In this document: one piece after another, positions 9,382-19,598 of the stretch
Layout: each line of letters opens with the position of its first letter
Numbering within the stretch: position 1 is the first letter of the stretch
DNA from: Spirochaetia bacterium
GTDB taxonomy: Bacteria > Spirochaetota > Spirochaetia > UBA9216
Length of the DNA stretch: 64,000 nt
Reading direction: 5' to 3'
Assembly: GCA_963677925.2 (NCBI GenBank)
Contig: CAXXYH010000003.1
Location: 96,001 to 160,000, forward strand
Made by a program: the position numbers and the translations under genes
Notes under the pieces: model-generated
The model's input: the letters and a program-made list of their open reading frames with translations, nothing else
Database searches by the model: none
Told to the model about the DNA's origin: nothing

Positions 9382-10147
9382 TATTTTTTACATCTTCATC
9401 TGATAAAAACAATTCAAATTTTTCAATTCCATTTTCTTTTGCTATTCTTGTTATTTCTTGTTTTCCTTGTATGACTATAACATTTGACTCTCTTGCTTCA
9501 CGATATTGTTCACTTGATAATCTTCCGGTTGTAATAAATATTGCATTATCTACCCTTCTTGCAAAACATCCTGATAAGAATTTCAACCATTCCATTTGCG
9601 TTGGTGAATTCTTTTCTTTATGAAACTTAGCTTGAACACCTATAGATCGTATTTCACTAAATTTTTCACCCAATTTATCTCCAATAAAATCCAATCCTCT
9701 TTCAGAAGCTTTATATCGACCTTGATGATGCCATACAAAATTTGGATATAATGCTTTTAGCAATTCTAATGTATATAGCTCAAAAGCTTGCCCACGCGCT
9801 GAATTAGAGATAGATAATTCTTCTTGATCAGTATCAGTATTTACTGTAATTTCATTTTCTAATTCATTTTTTATATATTCTTTTCCAGACGGTGTAACTT
9901 GCCATCCTGGATCTTCTTTATTATAAGGATATATAAAACCAGCTTTCACAGCTACCTTATTTATAAAAAACCTTAGGCTTGCTTTCCCTTGAGTTGATAA
10001 CTTCTTTCCTGGCATTTCATTTTCAATAGCTTTATATAAATCTTTAATATCAGCTTTTCCACCTAAATCTAAAATCGCTTTTATTGCAATTTTAATTTGA
10101 GCTTCACCATTTAAACCAATATCATTTCCAGTACATTCATTATCCAA
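9371..10147 (-). CDS. Mrr-like restriction endonuclease (wHTH N-terminus + Mrr catalytic domain)
   Basis: FELYTLELL...GLDFIG...VQAKF...AIFITTGRLS..ARE. Confidence 0.8.
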   Translation of the reverse strand: MDNECTGNDIGLNGEAQIKIAIKAILDLGGKADIKDLYKAIENEMPGKKLSTQGKASLRFFINKVAVKAGFIYPYNKEDPGWQVTPSGKEYIKNELENEITVNTDTDQEELSISNSARGQAFELYTLELLKALYPNFVWHHQGRYKASERGLDFIGDKLGEKFSEIRSIGVQAKFHKEKNSPTQMEWLKFLSGCFARRVDNAIFITTGRLSSEQYREARESNVIVIQGKQEITRIAKENGIEKFELFLSDEDVKNNEY

Positions 10148-10267
10148 TTTTAACCTCTTACATTTCTTTATAGCTCGTCGGCCGGAGGTCCGGGCTATTA
10201 CTTCTCATATTTTACACCCAACCAGCGAATTCTTCTAATATTTTTATTGCTTCAAATTCTAATGTGT

Positions 10268-10409
10268 ATTTAACGACGTTTTGAGTTGCAAAATCGTTCG
10301 GTGTCCACGCCGAATTGGCGCGATTCTGGAGTGCAGCGCGATCAGCGCGGAACGTCTTTAGCCAGAATCGTGACAATAGATTTTGACTACTCCAAAACTT
10401 TTGTTAAAT
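10268..10409 (-). repeat. attC type A #9
   Basis: Family consensus. Confidence 0.92.
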
Positions 10410-10435
10410 GCTTATACCCAACTTACCCTGCACAT

Positions 10436-10496
10436 AAAATAAAAATGTGGCAAAGCCTGGAGCCCGAATGGGCGGAACATATAACCCCTGTTATAT
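10436..10496 (-). repeat. Half of type-B attC (R'' side)
   Basis: aaaataaaaatgtggc...ataacccctgtta matches right part of intact site 29740-29830. Confidence 0.8.
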
Positions 10497-11057
10497 AAAG
10501 TACTTGGGCCACCTAATTAAAAACCCTAAATACATGGATGTATTTAGGGCAGTATTGATTTTGGTTTTATATTTCAATATCTGTAATACGAATAAATAAA
10601 TTACTAATTCTATCAATAATTTTTCAAACACTTCATGATTATCAATTACTTCTATCATAGTCTTTAAACCAGTTTTGTTTTTATCTTTCATTCTTAAATA
10701 TTTGATATAACTTCCATGGTATTCAACTATCTCATAATATGAATGAACATATTTATTTCTATCTTCTTCAACTCTTTTTAATTCTTTCTTCAGTTCTGAA
10801 AATTCGTCAATCACAATACTTTTAACATTATTCTGATACATTATTGATTCAATAATATTTATGATTTTATAGAAACTAATCTCGGAGGCTATAATTCTTG
10901 CATATTCAACATTCCCCAATAATTGCCCCAACAATTCAACAAGTGCATGTTCCAATTCTTGAAAGGAAAAAATAATTAATCCTAATGTACTTGTCGGATC
11001 ATTCATGAATAAATTATTATTTGCATTTTCCATCCAATCGGGTATTTTTGAATCCAT
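10491..11057 (-). CDS. Cassette hypothetical protein with HEPN-like RxxxxH motif
   Basis: FQELEHAL...RNKYVH; C-terminal ~25 aa read through flanking motifs. Confidence 0.65.
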   Translation of the reverse strand: MDSKIPDWMENANNNLFMNDPTSTLGLIIFSFQELEHALVELLGQLLGNVEYARIIASEISFYKIINIIESIMYQNNVKSIVIDEFSELKKELKRVEEDRNKYVHSYYEIVEYHGSYIKYLRMKDKNKTGLKTMIEVIDNHEVFEKLLIELVIYLFVLQILKYKTKINTALNTSMYLGFLIRWPKYFI

Positions 11058-11091
11058 TTCATCCTCTATCTAAGATTTAAGTTTTAACTTG

Positions 11092-11445
11092 TCAAACAAA
11101 TTGAACTAATATTATCACACCTTCTGCCCATTCATATTTCTCAATTATGCGTTGAACTATTTTTGTAACAAACTCTATATAATTGTTTTTGGCACTATAA
11201 GATATTGGATTTTCTCCATTAGCAGTAGTCAATGTAACAATTAATTTATTAACTCCTTCTTCATTTAATAGGGCAACTCTAAAAGCTATTCTAGTTGCCC
11301 ATGCATCAGTTTCAATTTTTATATTTTTAAAAGCTTCATATTCTAACCATTCTTTTCTACTGATATCATATGGTAGAGTTAAATCATAAGAGAATAATGG
11401 TATAGTTAAAGCAAAAAGCATAATACTGAAGATTAATTTTTTCAT
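11092..11445 (-). CDS. Small exported protein
   Basis: MKKLIFSIMLFALTIPLFS signal peptide; AGGAG RBS. Confidence 0.8.
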   Translation of the reverse strand: MKKLIFSIMLFALTIPLFSYDLTLPYDISRKEWLEYEAFKNIKIETDAWATRIAFRVALLNEEGVNKLIVTLTTANGENPISYSAKNNYIEFVTKIVQRIIEKYEWAEGVIILVQFV

Positions 11446-11530
11446 TCTTACTCCTAACTTCTAATTCAATCTTTTATGTTCAACACGAGCCAGGACGGCG
11501 AGTGCCAAATCTCCGCTGCCCAAGTATTTT

Positions 11531-11567
11531 ATATAACGTCCCGGGGTTATATGACGTTTTTATTTTT
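11531..11567 (-). repeat. Half of type-B attC (R' side)
   Basis: taacgtcccggggttatatgacgtttttatttt matches left part of intact site 29740-29830. Confidence 0.8.
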
Positions 11568-11628
11568 CTTAATTTTACCACCACTTACCCGTATTTACCA
11601 ATCATAAACTATTGGCCCATGTCTGTGC

Positions 11629-11772
11629 ATTTAACGACGAAATAAGTTGCGCCCTCGATCCTGAGCCGCAGGCGAAGGAATTGGCGCGGTTTCTGAGTGA
11701 GGGCCATTGCCCGAACGTCTTTAGCAGAAACCGTGACAATAGACGGCGACAACTTCATTTCATTTGTTATGT
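11629..11772 (-). repeat. attC type A #10
   Basis: Family consensus. Confidence 0.92.
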
Positions 11773-11775
11773 GTT

Positions 11776-12792
11776 TCATTCCCTCATCTCAGGTGCAAAT
11801 CGATAAGAATATACTATTTCTTCTACTGAATTATTATAAAGTATTTCATTATCAACTAAATTATATAATTGTCTTAGTAATTTTTGATATTCTTCATTAT
11901 CATTTATCTGGCTCATTACAGTGTAATGTTCTAAAAAGAATGGTAAGAATGAAATAGTAGTAATTTCGTTTACTTCTTTATAAAATTCATTTGTATCAGT
12001 ATTATTATACAATCCTAAATACTTCTCAAAATTTTCATATTGAATTGTCAAATACTCTAATATTTCTATTTCTCCATTGATCAACTTATCCAAATTCATT
12101 TTACCACTGATAACCACATCTCTATCAATTCCTAAAAAATAATTTGAGAAAGAGGCTAAATAATTATCTTTATAATCTACACTTAAAAACCATTCAAATC
12201 TGGTAACCTTATATCCTTTTTCAATAAATGCATGATTAATATATCTGCTTTGAAAATAATATGAATCAAGAATATACAAATATTCTTCTAATTTGTTTGC
12301 AGAAATATATTCGAACCTTTTATTATTCATATAATCATATATAACTTTGAATTCTCGTACCACTGAAGATATTACTAATGTTAATAAGTCTTCTTTTTCA
12401 AGATAATATCTACTTAGATACAATGTTAAATTCTCATTTTCATCAGTTGATACGAGTGCGACATGGGTTATATCTTCATCTGTATTAGTCTTTATTTCAA
12501 ATACTCCATTTTCAATCATTTCTGCAATATCTTTAGCGATTGCCCCATAATCGATCATTTCATCTTCAATATTTTGCATATCATCTAAAATATGATCTAT
12601 CAATTCATATGTCCCAGGCCCTGCTTCTCGTGAATCTGTGTCAGGTAATAAATCATTTAAATCTGAATAATTAATATTCCATTCTTCTTCCATTCCGGAT
12701 ATATACCCAGTTCTTGCACTGAAATCAATTGTTTCAGCATAAATGATTACTGTACTGCAAAAAAATAGAAGTATTAGACTAATCTTTTTCAT
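11776..12792 (-). CDS. Exported acidic hypothetical protein
   Basis: Signal peptide MKKISLILLFFCSTVIIYA; GAGG RBS. Confidence 0.82.
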   Translation of the reverse strand: MKKISLILLFFCSTVIIYAETIDFSARTGYISGMEEEWNINYSDLNDLLPDTDSREAGPGTYELIDHILDDMQNIEDEMIDYGAIAKDIAEMIENGVFEIKTNTDEDITHVALVSTDENENLTLYLSRYYLEKEDLLTLVISSVVREFKVIYDYMNNKRFEYISANKLEEYLYILDSYYFQSRYINHAFIEKGYKVTRFEWFLSVDYKDNYLASFSNYFLGIDRDVVISGKMNLDKLINGEIEILEYLTIQYENFEKYLGLYNNTDTNEFYKEVNEITTISFLPFFLEHYTVMSQINDNEEYQKLLRQLYNLVDNEILYNNSVEEIVYSYRFAPEMRE

Positions 12793-12842
12793 TAAATTTC
12801 CTCTTTAAATTATTTTATCACTAAATCGTAAATCTTAAATAC

Positions 12843-12986
12843 ACATAACGACGAAATAAGTTGCGCCCTCGATCCTGAGCGTAGCGAAGGAATTGGCGTG
12901 ATTCTGGAGTGGAGCGCGATCAGCGCGGAACGTCTCCGCCAGAATCATGACAATAGACGGCGACAACTTCATTTCATTTGTTAAAT
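12843..12986 (-). repeat. attC type A #11
   Basis: Family consensus. Confidence 0.92.
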
Positions 12987-13147
12987 GCCGATAATATCGA
13001 CTCATTTCAGAAAAATAAAAATGAGCTGAAGGCCAAGCTCAATTATAACAATGCTTATATTCTCCAAGAATGTACAAGTTTCTGATTACTTTTAATAATA
13101 TCGCCAAAAGTACACGGATGTACTTTTGAAACTGTATTCTAATATAT

Positions 13148-13912
13148 TTACAAATCTTCTCCAGTTTTATTTTTATATGCAGCAAACAAATAGTTACATA
13201 TAGATTTTGTAGAATCAATTGTCAGTCTTGCATGATGTTCTTTAAGTTTATAATATTTCCCCTTAGATTTTCCATGTGAATCCGAATGTTGATTTCTTAT
13301 CTCACTAATTCCTTGTACTATTGAAAAAAATCCAGATAGAATTTTCTTAAAATATTCTTCTTTATAATCTATTGGATCTAAGTGAAGAAAATTAGAAACT
13401 TTCTTATACAGTTTTATTAGATCATCATTACTACTAATTTCTATAGACTGCTTTTCAAGTATTGTTTTTAATAATGTTTCAAGTAATGTTCGAGAATTTG
13501 TTACTGCACCGTCAAAATCTTTATCCATTAATTTACGATCAATTTTTTCTATCTGTTCTATAGCGTAATCAAAGCTAATTTTCTCTATATGGTTTTCAAT
13601 TTTGATATTATCTACAGGAATTTTCATTGTTGGATCTATAAAAGATTCAATCCAACAAAGATCAATAGAATTTTCTTCAACTGGATATAAAATATGGAAA
13701 GCATCCAAGATTATTTCATTATCATCATGAGAAAGTTCTTGTAACTTTTCATAAGTTACAATATCAGAGTATAATTTTAGTCCAGTACGATATGAATTAA
13801 AGGCTCGACCAAAGCTACTTGATTCAATAAACTCATATGAACATTTTTTAAGTAAAATTGCTAAATCATTCCTTTTTTTATAAATCAAATATTCTAAAAT
13901 TCTATCTTCCAT
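13148..13912 (-). CDS. Abortive infection (Abi_C) family protein
   Basis: DFDGAVTNSRTLLETLLKTIL...IRNQHSDSHG...HHARL. Confidence 0.8.
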   Translation of the reverse strand: MEDRILEYLIYKKRNDLAILLKKCSYEFIESSSFGRAFNSYRTGLKLYSDIVTYEKLQELSHDDNEIILDAFHILYPVEENSIDLCWIESFIDPTMKIPVDNIKIENHIEKISFDYAIEQIEKIDRKLMDKDFDGAVTNSRTLLETLLKTILEKQSIEISSNDDLIKLYKKVSNFLHLDPIDYKEEYFKKILSGFFSIVQGISEIRNQHSDSHGKSKGKYYKLKEHHARLTIDSTKSICNYLFAAYKNKTGEDL

Positions 13913-14054
13913 TCTTCCTCTTTATAGCGAGCCAAGGACGGCGAGCAAAAAACCAACTAAAATCAGAAATTGTACATAGATTATGTGACGTTTTATTTTT
14001 CTTATTGTATTCTATCACACTCATCATTTTCCCAAAACTGTTATTTTTTCGTGC

Positions 14055-14194
14055 ATTTAACGACAATTTGAGCTGCCTGGCGGCGCGAGTCTTCGAGCGC
14101 ATTGGCGTGATTCTGGAACGTAGCGCGATCAGCGCGAAGTGTCTCTGCCAGAATCATGACAATAGCCAGGACTGCTCCAAATTTTTTGTTAAAT
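14055..14194 (-). repeat. attC type A #12
   Basis: Family consensus; stop codon of 14189 ORF lies in R''. Confidence 0.92.
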
Positions 14195-15355
14195 GCCGTT
14201 TTCCATCAAGTCTAAAGTTTCATCTGCTTCTTCAATCCATCTATTTATTATCGCTTTATTCTCATTCTTTTTTTCTTGATTTTTTGTATAGGATTCATTC
14301 AAGTCTTTTTGATGTTTATAATATTCACCGAGTTTTGATATTAAATCGCGTCCTTTCTCATTAATTTTCTTATCTTTAATTATCTTGGTTAGTTCTCTTT
14401 CCATTTCTTCAACAGAATATCCTGTCGTTTTCTTAAAATCTCTTATTACCCATTGTTTTTCAAATATATTTCGTTTCAACCAGCCGTCATATTGTTCTTT
14501 ATATGTTCCATAGATCTTTTCTATTTTGTTTTCCAGTTCTTTATCTATTGCTCTTTTATTTTCTTCTTTTTCACTAATTTTTATTTTCTCATCAAGTAAT
14601 ACCTGTATTGAGCCTACTTCCTTTCCATTATATTTCTCCGGCACTAATAATGATAATGCAACCCCTAAACCTGCTTCTTCTTTGGTTAATTCATGACTTT
14701 TATTTATTTCATCAAATTCTTTTTGACTTATTCCCATATATCCTGCAATTTGTTCTGTTGATTCTTTTGTCGTCATAGTTTTTACATACCCCGGCCCAAC
14801 ACAATAAGTATTTATCTTTAATCTTTCTAATTCCATTGATAAAGTATTACATAATTCAATCTGTGCTGTTTTTAATATCTCATAACATCCCATATATGGG
14901 ACTGCACCTGATGACGGCATAAAAACTATAGTTCCACTATTCTTTTCTTTCATATATGGTAAAAATGCTTTTATTAGTAATACTGGACCCTTTAAATTTA
15001 CATTATAGCTTAAATCCCATTCTTCCGGTTCAATTTCTTCAAGTTTTCCAATCTTTACTATTGTTGCATTATTTATTATCACATCTATTCTTTTATATTT
15101 ATTAAAAATAAGTTTTTTAACTTTTTCAATTTCATTGATATCACCAATATCGCATTCTATTATCTTTAAATTTCCTAATTCCTTTTTCTCACGAGTGTAA
15201 TTTTCTATTTTATTCTTGTCATTTTCTAATATTACTACATTTGCTCCAAATTTTTCACAATTCCTCGCAATTTCCATGCCTATATCACCACAGCCTCCAG
15301 TAATTAAAATGACTTTTCCTTTTAACCTATCGTAGTCTTTAATTTCTTTTTCCAT
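14189..15355 (-). CDS. SDR family oxidoreductase with helical C-terminal extension
   Basis: ITGGCGDIG, INNA, YEILK (YxxxK), VGPGYVKT. Confidence 0.9.
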   Translation of the reverse strand: MEKEIKDYDRLKGKVILITGGCGDIGMEIARNCEKFGANVVILENDKNKIENYTREKKELGNLKIIECDIGDINEIEKVKKLIFNKYKRIDVIINNATIVKIGKLEEIEPEEWDLSYNVNLKGPVLLIKAFLPYMKEKNSGTIVFMPSSGAVPYMGCYEILKTAQIELCNTLSMELERLKINTYCVGPGYVKTMTTKESTEQIAGYMGISQKEFDEINKSHELTKEEAGLGVALSLLVPEKYNGKEVGSIQVLLDEKIKISEKEENKRAIDKELENKIEKIYGTYKEQYDGWLKRNIFEKQWVIRDFKKTTGYSVEEMERELTKIIKDKKINEKGRDLISKLGEYYKHQKDLNESYTKNQEKKNENKAIINRWIEEADETLDLMENGI

Positions 15356-15414
15356 ATTCTTCTCATCATAATTGTATTATTGATAATAACAAATGTATAT
15401 CATAAATTCCGTGC

Positions 15415-15547
15415 ATTTAACGACGAAATAAGTAGCGAAACTGTCCCGAGTCTTCGAGGGTTGGAGCGGTTCTGGAACGAGCGATCAGCGAGTGTCTCCG
15501 CCAGAACCGTGTCAAAAGTTTTGACTACTTCATTTCATTTGTTAAAT
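15415..15547 (-). repeat. attC type A #13
   Basis: Family consensus. Confidence 0.92.
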
Positions 15548-15587
15548 GCTTTTCTTTATCAGACCGCACGACGGAGTCAAGGTCTGA

Positions 15588-16469
15588 TTATATATTACTC
15601 TTAATAATGATTGTGGTACCAACTCCACCTTCTTTATAAATATTTCCTAAATTTTCTTTAAAATATTCTATTCCTACATCTCCAGTGCTATGCATAGGAT
15701 ATAAACATCTTAAAGGTATCTCCTGAAATTTCTTCTTTGTATATACCAATAATCTTTCATTTGCTTGATGTAATTGTAAGCCTCCAATAATAAAACTTAT
15801 ATTATTATCACTCTTTTTTATGATATGATTTATTGTATTCACTATTCCTGAATGACAACATCCACATATTACAATTTTACTATTATCTTCAAGTTCAATA
15901 ACTAATGAAATATCATCATCCAATTGATCCTGTTCTTCAATTCCATTCTCTCTTTTTATTACTTTTTTTAACATTGGATTTAAAATCTCATAATCATTTT
16001 TTCTTGGGATTTCTCCTGTTATCCAAATATTATCAGTTATTCTATATTCATCTTTTCTCTTAATTATTCTGCCACTTTGTTCAATTCTTTCTATTTCTTT
16101 AGTATCTTGTATCCCAACATTTTTTTCAGTACCATCTTCCAATATTAATATTTTTTCTATTAACGTATCAGGATGGCAAACAACTCTAACATAGTCATTT
16201 GAATTCGTAAAAGCATATGATAATCCACCGGTATGATCAAAATGTCCATGACTTAAAACTATATAATCAATATCGCTTATATCTAACTTTAATTTTTGTA
16301 GATTTATTTTCAATCTTTCATTTTCTGGGCCAGTATCAAATAGTATTTTTATAATAGTTCCATCATCTAATTCATTCTCAACTAATGCTGAAAATCCTCC
16401 AGGAGCATATTCGTCTCCAACAATTGATTTATTATCAACTATTACCGTGATTTTAACCTGTTTTACCAT
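15588..16469 (-). CDS. MBL-fold metallo-hydrolase
   Basis: LFDTG, SHGHFDHTGG, GCCHSG, PMHSTG. Confidence 0.9.
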   Translation of the reverse strand: MVKQVKITVIVDNKSIVGDEYAPGGFSALVENELDDGTIIKILFDTGPENERLKINLQKLKLDISDIDYIVLSHGHFDHTGGLSYAFTNSNDYVRVVCHPDTLIEKILILEDGTEKNVGIQDTKEIERIEQSGRIIKRKDEYRITDNIWITGEIPRKNDYEILNPMLKKVIKRENGIEEQDQLDDDISLVIELEDNSKIVICGCCHSGIVNTINHIIKKSDNNISFIIGGLQLHQANERLLVYTKKKFQEIPLRCLYPMHSTGDVGIEYFKENLGNIYKEGGVGTTIIIKSNI

Positions 16470-16619
16470 TTACAATATTTCCCTTATCTATTATCGAGAG
16501 TATAAACACTGATACAATCCTATAGCCCGTCGGCCGGAGGTCCGGGCTATTTCTTCATTCTTATACTAAACCCAATATACAAAATCGACTAACATTTTTA
16601 TGATTTATACTTTAAGTGC

Positions 16620-16756
16620 ATTTAACGACCAAATAAGTAGCGAAACCGGCTGAGGTCTTCCGAAGCTTGGCGCGGTTTCTGAGCGAGGAGCATTCGACGA
16701 GCGTCTCCGCAGAAACCGTGTCAAAGGTTTTGACTACTTCATTTGATTTGTTATCA
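16620..16756 (-). repeat. attC type A #14
   Basis: Family consensus. Confidence 0.9.
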
Positions 16757-16783
16757 AGAGCAATTTTCTTCATTTCTCGAATT

Positions 16784-17221
16784 CTATTTTTCCCATTCCA
16801 TTATGAATTCTATTTCTCCAGTATCTTTATCTATTGAGTCTGATATTATTTCAAATTTTTTATTCCTATAGAATCTTATACTTTTCTCATTCTTTTTATA
16901 TACTCTTAATTCTATTCTTTCTCGTTTTTCTTTTACGAAGTTTAATAATTGACTACCAATCCCCATACCTTGTATTTCTGTTAGTACAAAAATTGCTGCA
17001 AGATATTCATTTATCATTGATACGAACCCCAAAAGCTTTTTATCATTTTGGGCGATATAGGTTTCTGACTTTGGGATATATTCTTCTTTCATCATTGATT
17101 TATTCCTTTCCCAATATTCATCTGAAATAAAACTATGAGTTTCTATTGATACCTTATACCAAAGTTCAACAATATCATCTATATCTTCATGACTTGCTTT
17201 CGTTATCCTTACATTTTCCAA
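16784..17221 (-). CDS. GNAT family N-acetyltransferase (YjaB-like)
   Basis: THSFI...AIFV...QGMGIGSQLL...VYKKNEKSIRFY. Confidence 0.9.
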   Translation of the reverse strand: MENVRITKASHEDIDDIVELWYKVSIETHSFISDEYWERNKSMMKEEYIPKSETYIAQNDKKLLGFVSMINEYLAAIFVLTEIQGMGIGSQLLNFVKEKRERIELRVYKKNEKSIRFYRNKKFEIISDSIDKDTGEIEFIMEWEK

Positions 17222-17342
17222 TAATTTACCTTTTAATATCGACGCAGTCTCTATTCCCAGCCCTAATGTTCGCTTCCACTGGGGTTTTTACTTTCAGTTC
17301 CGCTTCCATTGGGATTTTTCTTAATTATCTCTTTCCTTTTCT

Positions 17343-17573
17343 TTATGATACCTTCCACTTAATATCCAATTTAAGATGTTTTCTAGCGCAATCTGCCAAA
17401 TACAAATTGATCAATTGCTGATATTTTATTCCAGATTCCTCTGACATATCCTTAAAATAATCTATTGTATCTTCATCTAAGCGGATAGTTATCTGTTTCT
17501 TTAATTTCGATACATACGGATTCTTTTTTGCATTTGAAAAATCATAATGTTCTCTCATAATTTCATCCTCCAT
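17343..17573 (-). CDS. brnA: BrnA-family antitoxin
   Basis: YDFSNAKKNPY...KKQITIRLD...YFK...YQQLINLYL. Confidence 0.82.
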   Translation of the reverse strand: MEDEIMREHYDFSNAKKNPYVSKLKKQITIRLDEDTIDYFKDMSEESGIKYQQLINLYLADCARKHLKLDIKWKVS

Positions 17574-17847
17574 ATTCCCTTGTTTCATCCTTATCAGCTT
17601 TCCTTGCTGATATAATCCTTATTATTTCGTCATTTTCCCTATAACAATGACACACCACCAATACTTTTAAAGTTTGTGATAATCCCATAATCAAGAATCT
17701 TTCTTCATCTTCAGAATGATCCGGATCATGTATTATTAAAGCAGCTGGATCATAGAACACTGTTTTTGCTTCATCAAAGCTTACCTTATGTTTCTTTTTA
17801 TTGATATTATTCTTATTTTCATCCCATTCGAACTGGATATTTTTCAT
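17563..17847 (-). CDS. brnT: BrnT-family toxin (likely start Met at 17847)
   Basis: FEWDENKN..N.KKH.VSF.EA..VF.D...HSEDEERF...IRIISARKA. Confidence 0.9.
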   Translation of the reverse strand: MKNIQFEWDENKNNINKKKHKVSFDEAKTVFYDPAALIIHDPDHSEDEERFLIMGLSQTLKVLVVCHCYRENDEIIRIISARKADKDETREYGG

Positions 17848-17853
17848 ACTTAT

Positions 17854-17882
17854 AATGTACATACATTGTAGTGTTTTGTCAA
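17854..17882 (-). promoter_or_regulatory. Sigma70 promoter of brnTA with overlapping palindrome
   Basis: TTGACA-17 nt-TACATT; aatgtacatacatt palindrome. Confidence 0.7.
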
Positions 17883-18032
17883 TTTTTATATTTCATAATA
17901 ATCCCAGCCCTAACGCTCGCTTCCACTGGGGTTCTCTCACCGTTTCGCTTCCGCTGGCAGCTGAATTTCGTTCCCATATGGGTTTAAACTACAACAATTA
18001 TTTCATCAAATTTACACTGCGTTATTGGTTCT

Positions 18033-18178
18033 TGATAACGACGAAATAAGTTGCGCCCTCGATCCTGAGCCGAAGGCGAAGGAATTGGCGTGATTCTGGA
18101 GTGGAGCGCGATCAGCGTGGAACGTCTCCGCCAGAATCATGACAATAGACGGCGACAACTTCATTTCATTTGTTATAC
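18033..18178 (-). repeat. attC type A #15
   Basis: Family consensus. Confidence 0.92.
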
Positions 18179-18185
18179 GGATTTT

Positions 18186-18476
18186 CTATACTTTTTCCAA
18201 TAATTTCCCAGATACATATTTATGCAATATCATTGAAACCAGGGTTTGATATGGTAATCCTTCTTCCATTGCTTTTATCTTCAAATTCTTCAAATCTCTT
18301 TCTGATATTCTTATATTCATCCTTTTATCTTTTTTCATCGTAGCTTCAGCATATTTTTTTGCTTGAAGCCTATATTCTTCATTTTCTTCTATTTCTTCCC
18401 ATTCACCTTTCTCAAGTGAATTTATTAAATCGCGTTCTTCTTCATCTATCGGAGTAAACATATTTTCCTCTTTCAT
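18186..18476 (-). CDS. CopG/BrnA-like antitoxin
   Basis: KKDKRMNIRISERDL..LK.KA..EGLPYQTL. Confidence 0.85.
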   Translation of the reverse strand: MKEENMFTPIDEEERDLINSLEKGEWEEIEENEEYRLQAKKYAEATMKKDKRMNIRISERDLKNLKIKAMEEGLPYQTLVSMILHKYVSGKLLEKV

Positions 18477-18760
18477 TCCTTTCCTCCATTCTTCAATAAT
18501 TTCTTCGTATATTCCCTACTCGGGTATATTGTCTTTAGAAATATCTCTTCACCTTCTTTATTTTCAACAAAAGGCACTATATATATATAATCATTATAGT
18601 TGATTAGATAAATTTTCTGATTTCCATATTTTTCTTCATTTGGATGCCTTAAGACTTTTACAACTTTTCCTTCAGAAATACACAATATAATTTCTTCAAA
18701 TGACATGTTTCGTTGTTCCTTCAGTATTTCATTCTTTTCATCATTCCAATTATATGTCAT
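18473..18760 (-). CDS. BrnT-like toxin
   Basis: WNDEKNE.LK..R..SFEEI...HPN.EKY.NQ...IFLKTIYPSR. Confidence 0.85.
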   Translation of the reverse strand: MTYNWNDEKNEILKEQRNMSFEEIILCISEGKVVKVLRHPNEEKYGNQKIYLINYNDYIYIVPFVENKEGEEIFLKTIYPSREYTKKLLKNGGKE

Positions 18761-18766
18761 ATTATA

Positions 18767-18795
18767 AAGATAAGCTCACGTGTGCCTTTTGTCAA
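18767..18795 (-). promoter_or_regulatory. Sigma70 promoter of second TA cassette
   Basis: TTGACA-17 nt-TATCTT, 6 nt before ATG. Confidence 0.65.
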
Positions 18796-18896
18796 TACTT
18801 TATATTTCTTAATTTTTTACGGAGTCTCGATTTAACCACAAATGGCCCACTAAACTATGAAATCTATCAATATTATTTTATCTAATTCTTAATTCC

Positions 18897-19034
18897 GTAT
18901 AACGACGATTTGAGTAGCAAAACCGGCCGAGTCAGCGAGGCTTGGCGCAGTTCTGGAACGTAGCGCGATCAGCGCGGAGTGTCTCCGCCAGAACTGTGAC
19001 AAAGGTTTTGACTACTCCAAATCTCTTGTTATGT
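18897..19034 (-). repeat. attC type A #16
   Basis: Family consensus. Confidence 0.92.
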
Positions 19035-19598
19035 TTCAGTATCTCTATCTATTAAAGCTCTAATATTCTCTCGATTCTTTAATCTATTAATTTCTTTATA
19101 AAAAAATCTTAATGATTGTTCATTGAAAATGTCATGCATATATTCAAAAGCATCCTTAATTTCAGATGTTAATTCCATTATATCGACACTATCGTATTTT
19201 CTTATCATTTTATGAGCAAGTAAATTTCTTGTTGCATTTAGTTTCTTGCTTAATATTAATATATCTTCTTTACCTTCAAATTGAAAAGAATCTTTAATAT
19301 AACTGATTATATTGCCAATAGGGATATCTAAATTATGTTCTTTTATTTTCTTTGGATATGCCTTACATTTTTCAATTAAATCTATATACAATAATACCAA
19401 TTTTAAAATTTCTTTTTGCAATTGATTATAAATAAATACTGATGCTATTCTTCCTTCAATTGTATTTTGTTCAAACATTTGTGATGCTTTTTTATTTAAT
19501 TTCACATGTGGTTCAATATTCTCTATCCAGAGACGATTAGGAGTATCAATTAAATCTAGTTTCAATATTTCTTCATATTCCATATATTCTATCTCCAA
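19029..19598 (-). CDS. Cassette hypothetical protein with HEPN-like RNLLAH motif
   Basis: 189-aa ORF, stop in R''. Confidence 0.72.
   Translation of the reverse strand: MEIEYMEYEEILKLDLIDTPNRLWIENIEPHVKLNKKASQMFEQNTIEGRIASVFIYNQLQKEILKLVLLYIDLIEKCKAYPKKIKEHNLDIPIGNIISYIKDSFQFEGKEDILILSKKLNATRNLLAHKMIRKYDSVDIMELTSEIKDAFEYMHDIFNEQSLRFFYKEINRLKNRENIRALIDRDTET

Noticed and set aside
15588-16469. MBL-fold cassette as a beta-lactamase
   Set aside because: No signal peptide, and the motifs fit cytoplasmic MBL hydrolases.
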